64,000 nt of DNA from an uncultured delta proteobacterium. Its GTDB lineage: Bacteria > Myxococcota > Myxococcia > Myxococcales > Myxococcaceae. The DNA lies in the NCBI GenBank assembly GCA_963771175.1, contig CAVYSY010000046.1:192001-256000 (forward strand), in the 5' to 3' direction. This document shows, piece after piece, positions 44,648 through 58,794 of the stretch; the first letter of the stretch is position 1; the number at the start of each line of letters is the position of its first letter. The translations under genes were made by a program, and so were the position numbers. The notes under the pieces were generated by a model. It was not told the DNA's origin and made no database searches. It saw only the letters and a program-made list of their open reading frames with translations.

Positions 44648-45745
44648 TGAGCGTTTCCGAGCGCGACATCCTCGCGGCGATGTCGAAGGTGATGGACCCC
44701 GAGCTGCACGTCGATCTGGTGAAGGCCGGGATGGTGAAGGACGTCCGCGTCGAGGGCGACAAGGCGAAGCTCAAGATCGAGCTGACCACGCCGGCCTGCC
44801 CGATGAAGGGGAAGATCCAGGCGGACGCCGAGGCGGCGCTCAAGCAGGTGCCGGGGCTGAAGACGTTCGACATCGAGTGGGGCGCGCAGGTGCGCTCGGC
44901 GCCGGCGGGCGTGGGCGGGCCGCAGGGGCAGGCGATCCTCCCGCAGGTGAAGAACGTGATCCTGGTCGGCGCCGGCAAGGGCGGCGTGGGCAAGAGCACC
45001 GTGTCGGTGAACCTGGCCGCGGCGCTGGCGCGCGAGGGCGCGAAGGTGGGCCTGCTGGACGCGGACTTCTACGGCCCCTCGATGCCGATGATGACGGGCA
45101 TCACCGAGAAGCCGGTGAGCCCGGACGGCAAGACGCTGCTGCCGCTGGAGAAGCACGGGCTGAAGGTGATGTCGATCGGCTTCCTGGTGGAGGCGGACCA
45201 GGCGCTCATCTGGCGCGGGCCCATGCTCCACGGCGCGCTGATGCAGCTCATGCGCGACGTGCACTGGGGCGAGCTGGACTACCTCGTCCTGGATCTGCCG
45301 CCGGGCACCGGCGACGTGGCCCTGTCGCTGTCGCAGTCGGTGCGGGCGGCGGGCGCGGTGCTGGTGACGACGCCGCAGGACGTGGCGCTGGCGGACGTGG
45401 TGCGCGCCAAGCAGATGTTCGACAAGGTCCACATCCCGGTGCTGGGCATCGTGGAGAACATGAGCCAGTTCGTGCTGCCCGCACTGCTCGAAGGCCACGC
45501 CCATCTTCCACCACGGCGGCGGGCGCAAGGCGGCCGAGATGTTCGGCATCCCCTTCCTGGGGGAGATTCCGCTCGAGCTGAAGATCCGCGAGCGCGGTGA
45601 CGCGGGCGTGCCGGTGGTGCTGAGCCGCGCCGGACAGCCCCGAGGCCCAGGCCTTCATGGGGATGGCGCGCAACATCGCGGGCCGCGTCTCCACGGAGAA
45701 CATGCGGGTGGCGGTGAAGCTGCCGGTGGTAGGCAGCCGTCCCGC
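44648..45745 (+). CDS. apbC: Mrp/ApbC Fe-S cluster carrier ATPase; frameshifts near the 3' end, end approximate
   Basis: LTTPACP, GKGGVGKST, DADFYGPS, WRGPM, DLPPGTGD, GIVENMS. Confidence 0.9.
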
Positions 45746-45764
45746 CACGAACCCCGAGGACCCC

Positions 45765-46224
45765 ATGGCGCCCCCAGACGACGATTTCGATCCGCTGCTC
45801 GGTGACGAGCCGGGGCGGCGAGTCGCCGCGCGGGCTTCGTGCCGGAGTTCGTGCGCAAGGTGGCGGTGGCGGGACTGGGCGCGCTCTTCATGACCGAGGA
45901 GGGCATCCGCTCGCTCGCCGGCCAGCTCAAGCTGCCCAAGGAGGTGCTCGGCTACATCCTCTCGCAGGCGGAGAAGACGAAGGACGAGGTGGGCCGGGTC
46001 GTCTCCGAGGAGCTGCGGCGCTTCCTCCAGTCGGAGAAGCTGCGCGACGAGTTGCTCAAGCTGGTGTCGGGGATGACGATGGAGGTGAAGGCGCAGATCC
46101 GCCTCGTGCCTCACGAGAAAGCGGCCGACGAGGAGTCGGACGAGACGCCTGCTCGGCCAAGGTGGTCGTCACCGAGCTGAACACGCGCCGCGGCGGCAAG
46201 AAGGCCTCCGGGAAGAAGGAGTAA
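45765..46224 (+). CDS. Hypothetical protein (phasin-like N-terminus); frameshifted
   Basis: FVRKVAVAGLGALFMTEEGIRS..KLRDELLKL. Confidence 0.55.
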
Positions 46225-46228
46225 CGGC

Positions 46229-46633
46229 GTGGAGGGCGAGCCGCGGCGGGACTGGCGCAAACACCCCCTGATGAAGCGGCTGCCGCTGCTGCTGCTGGTC
46301 GCGCTGGGCCTGTGGCTTTGGAAGGGCTCGGACGTGCCCGAGCGCGAGCTGGTGTGGCGGCTGGACGGCCCGGGGTGGAGCGACATCCGGGCCCTCGAGT
46401 TCCAGGTGAAGGCCGAGGACGGCGAGCTGCTCAAGCGCGAGGAGCACCGCTTCCAGGGGAGCGCTCCGGGCTCCATCACCCAGAAAATGGCCCTGCCCTC
46501 GGGGAGTTACCGAGGTGTGGGTCTTCGCCCGGGGGGCCGAGGGGCCCTCGCGGCCCCCCCAGTGGAGCGCCTGACACTCGGGGACGAGGACGTGCGCGTC
46601 GAGCGCGAACTGCGGGTGCCGGCGAGTCGTTGA
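46229..46633 (+). CDS. Hypothetical membrane-anchored protein
   Basis: TM segment LPLLLLVALGLWLW; operonic position. Confidence 0.5.
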   Translation: MEGEPRRDWRKHPLMKRLPLLLLVALGLWLWKGSDVPERELVWRLDGPGWSDIRALEFQVKAEDGELLKREEHRFQGSAPGSITQKMALPSGSYRGVGLRPGGRGALAAPPVERLTLGDEDVRVERELRVPASR

Positions 46634-46699
46634 CCGGTGGGGGGGCCAGGGCTATAGCGCGCCCGGTTCCTCGTTTACCGAGCAAGGGGTCTGGAACCC

Positions 46700-47549
46700 A
46701 TGGCAACGGAGCACATCGTCGTCGTCGGGGCAGGGCAGATGGGGCGGGCATCGCGCAGGTGGCGCTGCAGGCTGGCCTGCGCGTCACGCTGGTGGACGTC
46801 TCGAAGGAGGGTCTCGCCAAGGGCGCCGAGCGCATCAAGGGCGGCCTGAAGAAGCTGGTGGAGAAGGGCAAGCTGGACGCGGCCCGGCGCGAGGCGGCGA
46901 ACGCCAACCTCGCCACCTCCACCAGCGCCACCGAGGTGAAGGACGTGGACTTCGCCATCGAGGCGGTGACGGAGAACGAGGAGCTCAAGCGCCGCATCTT
47001 CGTGGAGCTGGACAGCGTGGTGAAGCCCGGGCGGCATCCTGGCCACCAACACCTCGTCCATCCCCATCACCCGCATCGCCGCGGCCACGAAGCGCCCCGA
47101 GAACGTCATCGGCATGCACTTCATGAACCCGGTGCCGGTGATGCAGCTGGTGGAGCTGATCCGCGGCGCGGCGACGTCGGACGCGACCTACGCAGACCAC
47201 GCGCGCGCTCGCCGAGAAGATGGGCAAGACCACGGTGGTGTCGAAGGACTACCCGGGCTTCATCGTCAACCGCATCCTGATCCCGATGCTCAACGAGGCC
47301 TGCTTCGCGCTGATGGAGGGCCTGGGGACCGCCGAGGACATCGACACCGCGATGAAGCTGGGCACCAACCAGCCCATGGGCCCGCTGCAGCTCGCGGACT
47401 TCATCGGCCTGGACACGGTGCTCTACATCGCCGAGGTGCTGCACAAGGGCCTGGGCGACGACAAGTACCGCCCGTGCCCGCTGCTGCGCCAGTACGTGGA
47501 CGCCGGCTGGTACGGCAAGAAGAGCGGCCGCGGCTTCTACAAGTACTAA
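46700..47549 (+). CDS. 3-hydroxybutyryl-CoA dehydrogenase; frameshifted
   Basis: [64 protein letters not shown]. Confidence 0.9.
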
Positions 47550-47574
47550 CCCCGAGCACCCCGAGGAGCCTCAC

Positions 47575-48358
47575 ATGGCCTACGAGAACATCCGGCTGGA
47601 GACCGAGGACGCGATCGCCATCCTCACCATCGATCGCCCCAAGGCGCTCAACGCGCTCAACAGCAAGACGCTGCAGGAGCTGGAGTCGGCGCTGGACTCG
47701 CTGCCCACCACGGCTGCGCGCGCTCATCGTCACCGGCGGCGGCGAGAAGGCCTTCGTCGCCGGCGCGGACATCGCCGAGATGGCGTCGCATCACCTCGGC
47801 GCAGGCGCGCGAGTTCGCCGCCGCTGGGCCACCGCACGCTTCGCCACGCTCGAGCAGCTGCCCATCCCGACCATCGCCGCGGTGAACGGCTTCGCGCTCG
47901 GCGGCGGCTGCGAGCTGGCCCTCGCCTGCGATCTCATCTACGCCTCGGAGAAGGCGAAGCTCGGCCTGCCCGAGGTGAGCCTCGGGCGTCATCCCCGGCT
48001 TCGGCGGCACGCAGCGGCTCACCCGCGCTGGTGGGCAAGATGCGCGCGAAGGAGCTCATCTTCACCGGCGAGCGCCTGGACGCGGCCAAGGCCAAGGAGA
48101 TTGGCCTGGTGCTCGACGTGCTCCCGGCGGACAAGCTGCTGGCCGCACTGCAAGGCGGTGGCGGCGAAGATCCTCAAGAACGGCCCGCTGGCGATCTCCC
48201 AGGCCAAGCGGGTCATCGAGTTCGGCGCGGACCAGGATCTCCGGGCGGCCAACGAGCTGGAGCGCCAGGGCTTCGCGGTGCTCTTCGGCTCCGAGGACCA
48301 GAAGGAGGGCATGAAGGCCTTCCTGGAGAAGCGTCCGGCGGGCTTCACCGGCAAGTAG
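47575..48358 (+). CDS. Enoyl-CoA hydratase (crotonase); frameshifted
   Basis: [41 protein letters not shown]. Confidence 0.9.
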
Positions 48359-48500
48359 GCCGGGGCAGGAGAGGGCCGGCGAGCGCCTGTCCGCTAATGG
48401 GCGCGGCAACCGACGCTTGCCCGCCCCTCCTGCAATCGCTGTTCCCGGGGCCTCCGCCCCGTACTATGTACCTCTGCGCCCTTACCCCACCAGGAGTGCC

Positions 48501-49646
<1,146 letters not shown>

Positions 49647-49659
49647 GGAGTCGACGCAT

Positions 49660-50140
49660 ATGAAGCGTTCCCTGATCGCGGTGGTGGTGCTTCTCGGGTC
49701 GGGCCTGGCGTTCGCGCAGGGCTCGGCCAAGGGGTCGGCGGGCAAGGAGACAGGGTCCGAGGCGACCGTCCCCGCGCAGGAGAAGAAGAAGGCGGAGCCG
49801 GCCCGGCCCCAGCCGCCGAACGTGTCGCAGATGCCCTTCACCCCGGACTCCATCCGCGAGGTGATGACGTACTACTCGCGCGACATCCAGGAGTGCTACG
49901 AGGAGATCCTCGCGACGAAGGGCAGCAAGGTGGAGGAGGGCCGCATCATGACGTCCTTCACCATCACGCCGGACGGCTTCGTGAGGAACGCCAAGGTGGT
50001 CAAGGCGGGCACGACTGCTGAAGAACGCACGGCTGAACGAGTGCGTGGTGAACGTGCTCTCCAGCATCACGTTCCCGCAGCCGCCGGACGGGCGCGAGTA
50101 CCCCATCGAGTATCCGTTCAACCTCAAGGCCATCAAGTAG
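49660..50140 (+). CDS. Secreted protein with TonB-C-like (AgmX/PglI C-terminal) domain; frameshift ~50020
   Basis: Signal peptide; IQECYE..EGRIMTSFTITPDG..CVVNVLSSITFPQP..IEYPFNL. Confidence 0.65.
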
Positions 50141-50151
50141 GACGCCCCCCC

Positions 50152-51303
50152 GTGAACCTCGAGCTCACCGAGACGCAGACGCTCATCCGCGACACCGCGC
50201 GCAAGTTCGCGCGCGAGCGGATGGCGCCCCAGGCGCGCAGATTCGACAAGCGAGGAGATCTTCCCCACGGAGCTCTTCAAGGAGCTGGCCGCCCTGGGGC
50301 TGCATGGGGGTGAACATCCCCGCCCAGTACGGCGGCGCCGAGGCGGGCGCGGTCTCCTACGCCCTGGCGATGATGGAGATGGCGGCCGCGTGCGCCTCCA
50401 CCTCGGTGGCCATGGCGGTCACGAACATGTGCGCCGAGCTCATCCACAAGTTCGGCACCGAGGCCCAGCGCGAGAAGTACGTGACGCGGCTCACCTCGGG
50501 CGAGGCGGTGGTGGGCGCGTTCGCGCTCTCCGAGCCGCACGCGGGCTCGGATCCGCGCGCCATGCGCACCACGGCGGTGCGCCGCGGGGACAAGTGGGTG
50601 CTCAACGGCAGCAAGCAGTGGATCACCTCCGGCGCCTACGCGGGCGTGATGGTGGTGTGGGCGCAGCACGGGCGGGCAGGGCAGCAAGGGCATCTCCGCC
50701 TTCATCGTCGAGGGCGGGACGACGGGCCTCCTCGTCGGCAAGCACGAGGACAAGATGGGCCTGCGCGGCTCCAACACCGTGGCGCTCACCTTCGAGGACT
50801 GCGAGATCCCCGCGGAGAACCTCCTGGGCAAGGAGGGCGACGGCTTCAAGCTGGCGATGATCGCGCTGGACGGCGGCCGCATCGGCATCGCCTCGCAGGC
50901 GTGCGGCGTGGCGCGGGCGGCGCTCGAGGCCTCCGTCCGGTACTCGAAGGACCGCAAGGCCTTCGGTCAGGCCATCGCCGACTTCCAGGGGCTGCGCTTC
51001 ATGCTCGCCAACATGAAGCACCGAGCTCCAGCGCGGCCGAGCTGCTGACGTTCCGGGCCGCGAAGCTCAAGGAGGAGGGCAAGCCGTTCACCCGCGAGGC
51101 CTCGATGGCGAAGCTCTATCGCCAGCGAGATGTCCAACCGCGCGGTGGACAAGGCGGTGCAGATCCACGGCGGCTACGGCTACATCGACGAGTTCCCCGT
51201 GGAGCGCTACTTCCGCGACGCCCGGGTGCAGACCATCTACGAGGGCACCAGCGAGGTGCAGCGGATGGTGATCGCCCGCGAGACGTTCAAGCTGCTGGAC
51301 TGA
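50152..51303 (+). CDS. Acyl-CoA dehydrogenase; frameshifted
   Basis: [46 protein letters not shown]. Confidence 0.9.
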
Positions 51304-51525
51304 GCGCCCGCCCCCTCGGGTGCCTGGGCAGCAGCCACGGGACTCCGCGCGTTTCGTGCGCCGAGGCAATGGCGCGGGGATTCATCGGGCATCACCTTTG
51401 AATCCTCGGAGGGTAGGGGAGTGTGGGTGCTTTCCTGCCTGCCGGACGAGGGCTCTAGAGGACCGGGGGGTGTCCGATCCGCCAGTGAGCATTATCAGGA
51501 CTATGAACAAGTACCGCGTGCTCGC

Positions 51526-51670
51526 TTGACTGCCGGTATAACCGGTGTCTAGGGTGCGCGGCTTCGAACCAACCCCATTGTGGGGAAGGCTCGCGCTCCA
51601 CTCGTAGCTCCCCGCGAGTGGATGCCGTCAACAACCGGGGGCAGAAGTACCAGTTAGGACTCTCAATCTC
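51526..51670 (+). promoter_or_regulatory. Putative rpsA promoter and structured 5' leader
   Basis: TTGACT-18nt-TAGGGT, then hairpins at 51573-51585 and 51597-51622. Confidence 0.45.
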
Positions 51671-53382
<1,712 letters not shown>

Positions 53383-53409
53383 GTCTGCCTCCCTCATAAA
53401 GGGTACGCG

Positions 53410-53449
53410 ACGGCCGGGTTCCCGAGAGGGGGCCCGGCCGTTTGCTTTT
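53410..53449 (+). terminator. Intrinsic terminator after rpsA
   Basis: ACGGCCGGGTTCCC-GAGA-GGGGGCCCGGCCGT followed by TTGCTTTT. Confidence 0.85.
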
Positions 53450-53555
53450 GGGCTTCAGGGCAGGCAAGGAGGCTTGATCCGCTCGGAAGGCTCAGTGATA
53501 AGGGCCCTCGCGATTGTTATTCGAAGTCATCTTCAGCACCCCAAGGAGGCAGTTC

Positions 53556-54734
53556 ATGGCTCGTGAAGTGGTCATCGTCGGCGCGGCGCGTACCCCCATC
53601 GGGGCCTTCCAGGGCGCCCTCTCCAAGCTGACGGCTCCGCAGCTCGGCGCCATCGCCATCAAGGCGGCGCTGGAGCGCTCGGGCGTGTCCCCGGATCAGG
53701 TGAACGAGGTCGTCATGGGCTGCGTGCTCCAGGCTGGCGTGGGTCAGGCCCCCGCGCGTCAGGCCGCCATCTTCGCCGGCCTCCCCGACAGCATCCCCGC
53801 CGTCACCCTCAACAAGGTGTGCGGCTCGGGCCTCAAGGCGGTCATCGCCGGCGCCCAGGCCATTGCCCTCGGTGACGCCGAGGTGGTGGTGGCCGGCGGC
53901 ATGGAGTCCATGAGCAACGCGCCCTACGTCAGCCACGCCATGCGTGGCGGCGCCCGCATGGGCAACGTGGAGTTCAAGGACTCGATGATCCTCGACGGCC
54001 TGTGGGATCCCTACGACAACGTCCACATGGGCAACTGCGCCGAGGAGTGCGCCGTCAACCAGGGCATCAGCCGCGCCAACCAGGACGAGTTCGCCTTGGA
54101 GTCCACCAAGCGCGCCATCGAGGCCCAGAAGGCCGGCCTGTTCACCAAGGAGATCGTCCCGGTCACCGTGCCCGGCGGCAAGGGCGGCGACGTGGTGGTG
54201 AGCGAGGACGAGGGTCCGAAGAACGCCAGGCCGGAGAAGATTCCGACGCTCAAGCCCGTCTTCAAGAAGGACGGCACGGTGACGGCGGCCAATGCCTCGT
54301 CCATCAACGACGGCGCCGCGGCGCTGGTGCTGATGAGCGCCGAGCGCGCCAAGGCCGAGGGTCGCACCATCCTGGGCCGCATCGCCGGCTACGCCGGGGC
54401 CGCCCGCAAGCCGGTGGAGTTCACCATCGCCCCGGCCGACTCCATCAACAACCTGCTCAAGCGCACCGGTCACACGACCGCCGACGTGGACCTCTGGGAG
54501 ATCAACGAGGCCTTCGCGGTGGTGGCCCTCGCGAACAACAAGCTGCTCGGCCTGGACGCCTCGAAGGTGAACGTGCGCGGCGGCGCGGTGGTGCTCGGCC
54601 ACCCGATCGGCGCCTCGGGCGCGCGCATCCTGGTGACGCTGCTGCACACCCTGAAGGACCAGAACAAGAAGCGTGGCGTCGCGTCGCTCTGCATCGGCGG
54701 CGGCGAGGGCATCGCGCTGATGGTGGAGCGCTAG
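53556..54734 (+). CDS. Acetyl-CoA acetyltransferase (thiolase)
   Basis: NKVCGSG, NEAFA, GHPIGASG, LCIGGG. Confidence 0.95.
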   Translation: MAREVVIVGAARTPIGAFQGALSKLTAPQLGAIAIKAALERSGVSPDQVNEVVMGCVLQAGVGQAPARQAAIFAGLPDSIPAVTLNKVCGSGLKAVIAGAQAIALGDAEVVVAGGMESMSNAPYVSHAMRGGARMGNVEFKDSMILDGLWDPYDNVHMGNCAEECAVNQGISRANQDEFALESTKRAIEAQKAGLFTKEIVPVTVPGGKGGDVVVSEDEGPKNARPEKIPTLKPVFKKDGTVTAANASSINDGAAALVLMSAERAKAEGRTILGRIAGYAGAARKPVEFTIAPADSINNLLKRTGHTTADVDLWEINEAFAVVALANNKLLGLDASKVNVRGGAVVLGHPIGASGARILVTLLHTLKDQNKKRGVASLCIGGGEGIALMVER

Positions 54735-54752
54735 TCCAACGCGGGACGAACA

Positions 54753-54787
54753 CCCTCTCCCGCTAGTGGAGAGGGGCGGGGTGGAGG
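54753..54787 (+). repeat. Intergenic REP-like palindromic element
   Basis: CCCTCTCC-CGCTAGT-GGAGAGGG-GCGGGGTGGAGG. Confidence 0.45.
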
Positions 54788-54827
54788 CCTTCGATGGGCC
54801 TTCGCCCCGTTCTCGTAGGAGGGGCTC

Positions 54828-55526
54828 ATGAACAAGATCATCGCGAGCGCGGACGAGGCTGTCCGCGACATCCCGGATGGCGCCACGCTGATGAGCGGCG
54901 GCTTCGGGCTGTGCGGCAACCCCGAGAACCTCATCGCGGCCCTGCACCGCAAGGGGACCCGGGGGCTCACCATCATCTCCAACAACTGCGGCACCACCGA
55001 GCTGGGTCTGGGCATCCTGCTCAAGGCCAACCAGGTGAAGAAGATCGTCGCCAGCTACGTGGGCGAGAACAAGGTCTTCGAGCAGCAGATGCTCTCCGGA
55101 CAGCTCGAGGTCGAGCTCAACCCGCAGGGCACGCTGGCCGAGCGCATCCGCGCCGGTGGCTGCGGCATCGGCGGTTTCTTCACTCCGTCGGGCGCGGGCA
55201 CCGAGCTCTCCAAGGGCAAGGAGACGCGGATGATCGACGGGCGCCTGCACGTGCTGGAGACGCCGCTCAAGGCGGACTTCACCATCGTGCGAGCCTGGAA
55301 GGCGGACACCTGGGGCAACCTGGTGTTCCGCAAGACGGCCCGCAACTTCTCGCCGATGATGTGCATGGCGGGAAAGGTCACCATCGTCGAGGCCGAGCAC
55401 ATCGTGGCCGCCGGCGAGATCGACCCGGATCAGGTGCACCTGCCCGGTATCTTCGTGCACCGCATCGTCCAGTCGAAGGACCTCCAGAAGTGGATCGAGC
55501 GCCGCACCGTGCAGAAGAAGGCCTGA
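54828..55526 (+). CDS. scoA: 3-oxoacid CoA-transferase subunit A
   Basis: GGFGLCGNPENLI, SYVGEN, PQGTLAERIRAGG, RKTARNF. Confidence 0.92.
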   Translation: MNKIIASADEAVRDIPDGATLMSGGFGLCGNPENLIAALHRKGTRGLTIISNNCGTTELGLGILLKANQVKKIVASYVGENKVFEQQMLSGQLEVELNPQGTLAERIRAGGCGIGGFFTPSGAGTELSKGKETRMIDGRLHVLETPLKADFTIVRAWKADTWGNLVFRKTARNFSPMMCMAGKVTIVEAEHIVAAGEIDPDQVHLPGIFVHRIVQSKDLQKWIERRTVQKKA

Positions 55527-55535
55527 GAGGACGCC

Positions 55536-56192
55536 ATGCCCCTGACCCGTGAGCAGATTGCCCAGCGCATCGCCCAGGAGCTGCGCGATGGCTATTACGT
55601 GAACCTCGGAATTGGCATCCCCACGCTGGTGGCCAACTACATTCCGAAGGGCCTCGACATCATGTTCCAGTCCGAGAACGGCATCCTCGGCATGGGCCCC
55701 TGGCCCATGGAAGGCGAGGAGGATCCGGATCTCATCAACGCCGGCAAGGAGACGGTGACGGTGGTGAAGGGCGCCGCCTTCTTCGACTCGGCGCTGTCCT
55801 TCGGGATGATCCGCGGCGGCCATGTCGACCTGGCCGTGCTCGGCGCCATGGAGGTGAGCGAGGAGGGGGATCTCGCCAACTGGATGATCCCCGGCAAGAT
55901 GGTGAAGGGCCCGGGTGGCGCCATGGACCTCGCGGTGGGCGCCAAGCGCGTCTTCGTGACCATGGAGCACGTCAACAAGGAGGGGAAGCCGAAGATCCTC
56001 AAGAAGTGCTCCCTGCCCATCACCGGCCTCAAGTGCGTCAACCACATCGTCACCGAGTACGCCCTCCTGGACGTGACGCCCCAGGGCCTCGTGCTGCGCG
56101 AGCTGGCCCCCGGCGTGACGGTGGAGCAGGTTCAGGCCATCACCGAGCCCAAGCTCACGGTGGCCCCGGACGTGCGTGAGATGAAGATCTGA
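55536..56192 (+). CDS. scoB: 3-oxoacid CoA-transferase subunit B
   Basis: [14 protein letters not shown] (catalytic Glu), [14 protein letters not shown]. Confidence 0.92.
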   Translation: MPLTREQIAQRIAQELRDGYYVNLGIGIPTLVANYIPKGLDIMFQSENGILGMGPWPMEGEEDPDLINAGKETVTVVKGAAFFDSALSFGMIRGGHVDLAVLGAMEVSEEGDLANWMIPGKMVKGPGGAMDLAVGAKRVFVTMEHVNKEGKPKILKKCSLPITGLKCVNHIVTEYALLDVTPQGLVLRELAPGVTVEQVQAITEPKLTVAPDVREMKI

Positions 56193-56323
56193 GATCGGTC
56201 TCCCGGTCTTTCGCCGTGCCCGCCGCGGTCCCAGCTCTCGGGGCCGCGGCGGAATACCTGCGCCGGAGCGGAGGTCGAATAAGGATGGCGCCCTGAAGGG
56301 GCCGCCGAGTCCCCGTTTCCCCC

Positions 56324-57613
56324 ATGCTGCCGGATACCCCCATTGAATTGACGATCGAGCGCCTCGGGCAGCTCGGAGAGGGCGTGGCCTCGTACGAGGG
56401 ACGCACCGTCTTCGTGCCCGGCACCTTCCCTGGCGAGCGCGTGCGCGTGCGTCTGGAGCAGGAGGGCAAGGTGATGCGCGGCCACCTGCTGGGTGACGTG
56501 CTGGTGCCGAGTCCGGACCGACGGCGCTCGCCGTGTGCCCTCAACGCCCGGTGTGGCGGGTGCGACTGGCTGGAGCTGTCCGAGTCCGCCCAGCGTGCCG
56601 CGAAACAGGAGATTGTCCTCTCCGCCCTGGAGCACCTGGGCCGGCTGAAGCGGGACAGCTTCGCGGTGCGGCCCCTCCTGGTGGCCCCGACGGACTTCGG
56701 TTACCGGCGGCGCGCGGTGCTGCACTTCCTCAAGGACGAGCTGGCCTACTTCGGGCGGCGCAGCCATGACCGGGTGCCGGTGAGCGAGTGTGGCGCGCTG
56801 GTGCCGGTGCTCGCGGAGCTGCCGGGCAAGCTGGCGCCGCTGCTCAAGCCGGTGTCCCGGGACGCCGAAGAGGTGCACCTGCTGGCCGAGGGTGGCAAGG
56901 CGGCCTTCGCGGTGATGCTGAAGGGTCAGGCGACTCCGAGGCATGTGGAGGCCTGCGAGGCGGCGGTGCGCGCGCTGCGGCTCGAGGGCGCGGTGCTGGT
57001 GCCCAAGGAGGGCTCGCCGCGCGTCATCGGCAAGCCGGTGCTGCGCTCGATTTCGCCCCTGCGTCCGGAAGTGCCGCTGTACCTGCGGCCGGACGCGTTC
57101 TCCCAGGCCCACGCGGAGGCCAATGTGGGGCTGGTGACGTCCGCCCTGTACGAATTGGCCCCGCGCGACACGGACTCGGTACTGGAGCTGTACTCGGGCA
57201 ATGGCAACTTCACGTTCCCGCTCGCGGCGAGTGCGGCCTCGGTACTCGGGGTGGAGTCCTCCCCGGCGTCAGTGGAGCTGGCGCAGCGCAGTGTTCGAGA
57301 GGGTGGGGTGACCAACGTGCGCTTCGTCCAGGGCGACGCCCGGAAGGTGTGCGAGGGCCTCATCCGCGAGGGGAAGCGGTTCGACCTCGCGCTGGCGGAC
57401 CCTCCTCGGACGGGGGCACCGGGGCTCGCTCGGTGGCTCAAGACCCTGGGAGTAAGGCGTGTGGTGTACGTGGCCTGTGATCCGGGCTCGTTGGCGCGGG
57501 ACGCAGCGGGACTGGTAGAGGCGGGTTACAAGCCGCTGGCGCTCCAGGTGGTGGACATGTTCCCCCAGACGCACCACGTGGAATCCGTGATGTCCTTCGA
57601 GCTGCCCCGGTAA
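56324..57613 (+). CDS. RlmD/TrmA family RNA (uracil-5)-methyltransferase with TRAM domain
   Basis: CALNARCGGC Fe-S motif, DPPRTG, YVACDP, DMFPQTHHVE. Confidence 0.88.
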   Translation: MLPDTPIELTIERLGQLGEGVASYEGRTVFVPGTFPGERVRVRLEQEGKVMRGHLLGDVLVPSPDRRRSPCALNARCGGCDWLELSESAQRAAKQEIVLSALEHLGRLKRDSFAVRPLLVAPTDFGYRRRAVLHFLKDELAYFGRRSHDRVPVSECGALVPVLAELPGKLAPLLKPVSRDAEEVHLLAEGGKAAFAVMLKGQATPRHVEACEAAVRALRLEGAVLVPKEGSPRVIGKPVLRSISPLRPEVPLYLRPDAFSQAHAEANVGLVTSALYELAPRDTDSVLELYSGNGNFTFPLAASAASVLGVESSPASVELAQRSVREGGVTNVRFVQGDARKVCEGLIREGKRFDLALADPPRTGAPGLARWLKTLGVRRVVYVACDPGSLARDAAGLVEAGYKPLALQVVDMFPQTHHVESVMSFELPR

Positions 57614-57640
57614 TCACCCCGCGGCACACAGGAGTTTGTT

Positions 57641-58003
57641 TTGGAGATCTTCAAGGAGTTCACCTTCGAGGCCGCCCACCGCCTCCCCAATGTTCCCGCA
57701 GGGCACAAGTGCGCCCGGCTGCACGGTCACTCCTACCGCGTGACCCTCCACGTCCAGGGGCAGGTGGGTGCGGACTCCGGGTGGGTGATGGACTTCGCCG
57801 ACCTCACCGAGGCCTTCAAGCCCATCCAGGCCCAGCTCGATCACTACTACCTCAATGAGATCGAGGGGCTGTCCAACCCCACCAGTGAGAACCTGGCGCG
57901 ATGGATCTGGCAGCGGGTGCGGCCTCGTCTGCCGCAGCTCTCCCAGGTGATGGTGCGCGAGACCTGCACCTCGGGCTGCATCTACCGGGGCGAGAACGAC
58001 TGA
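57641..58003 (+). CDS. queD: 6-carboxytetrahydropterin synthase
   Basis: [35 protein letters not shown] start after a GGAG RBS. Confidence 0.92.
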   Translation: MEIFKEFTFEAAHRLPNVPAGHKCARLHGHSYRVTLHVQGQVGADSGWVMDFADLTEAFKPIQAQLDHYYLNEIEGLSNPTSENLARWIWQRVRPRLPQLSQVMVRETCTSGCIYRGEND

Positions 58004-58006
58004 GCG

Positions 58007-58794
58007 TCACTCGCGCAGCAGCAGTCCTCCGTCGATGACCAACTCGCTGCCGGTCGTCCACGGGGACGCCAGCAGGTGCACTACCGCGTCGGCTATCTCC
58101 TCGGGCTTGCCGAGCCGTCCCAGCGGGTGCAACGCCCCCAGCGTGGACAGTTGGGCGGAGATCCTCCGCTCGAGCTCCTCACCCTCGGGAGGTGACTCAC
58201 CGGGACTCAAGCGCGGAGCCCGGACCATCTCCGTGTCCACCACTCCCGGGCAGACGGCATTGGCCCGGACCCGCCGCGAGGCCCCCGCCAGGGCCAGCGA
58301 GCGCATCGCCGCCAGCAACCCGGCCTTGGCCGCGCTGTAGACCGCGCTGGTGGGCAACGGCCTCAGGGCCAGGGTGGAGGCGATGAACACCATGCCCCCG
58401 CCGTCCTCCAGGACCGACAGCGCCTCCTCGCCCAGGCGCAGCGGAGCCACCAGGTTGACCTCGAGTTGGGCCCGCAGGGCCTCCTCGGAGATGTGTCCGG
58501 GGAGTTGGTGCTCCACCACCCCCGCCGAGTGGACCAGTCCGTCCAGCCCGCCCAGCGCCTCACGCGCCCGAGCCAGCAGCCCCGCACGCTCGGAAGGGGA
58601 CGGCGAGATCGCAGGGAAGGGCCACCGCCTGACCGGGCCAGGCTCGCACCACCGCCTCCAGCCGCTCCGCCCGACGCCCGCTCACCGCCACCCTGCCTCC
58701 CGCCCGCAGCAGCGCCTCGGCGACCGCGAGGCCCATGCCGCTGCCCCCTCCCGTCACCAGCACCTTCCGGGTGCCCCACGGGTCGCTCGCTCAC
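58007..58794 (-). CDS. SDR family oxidoreductase; frameshifted
   Basis: VLVTGGGSGMG, YSAAKAG, NAVCPGVVDT, HPLGRLG, IDGG. Confidence 0.85.

Noticed and set aside
57641..58003. queD as part of a 7-deazaguanine DNA-modification (dpd) island
   Set aside because: No dpdA/tgt, queC, queE or folE in the window, and the context is housekeeping.
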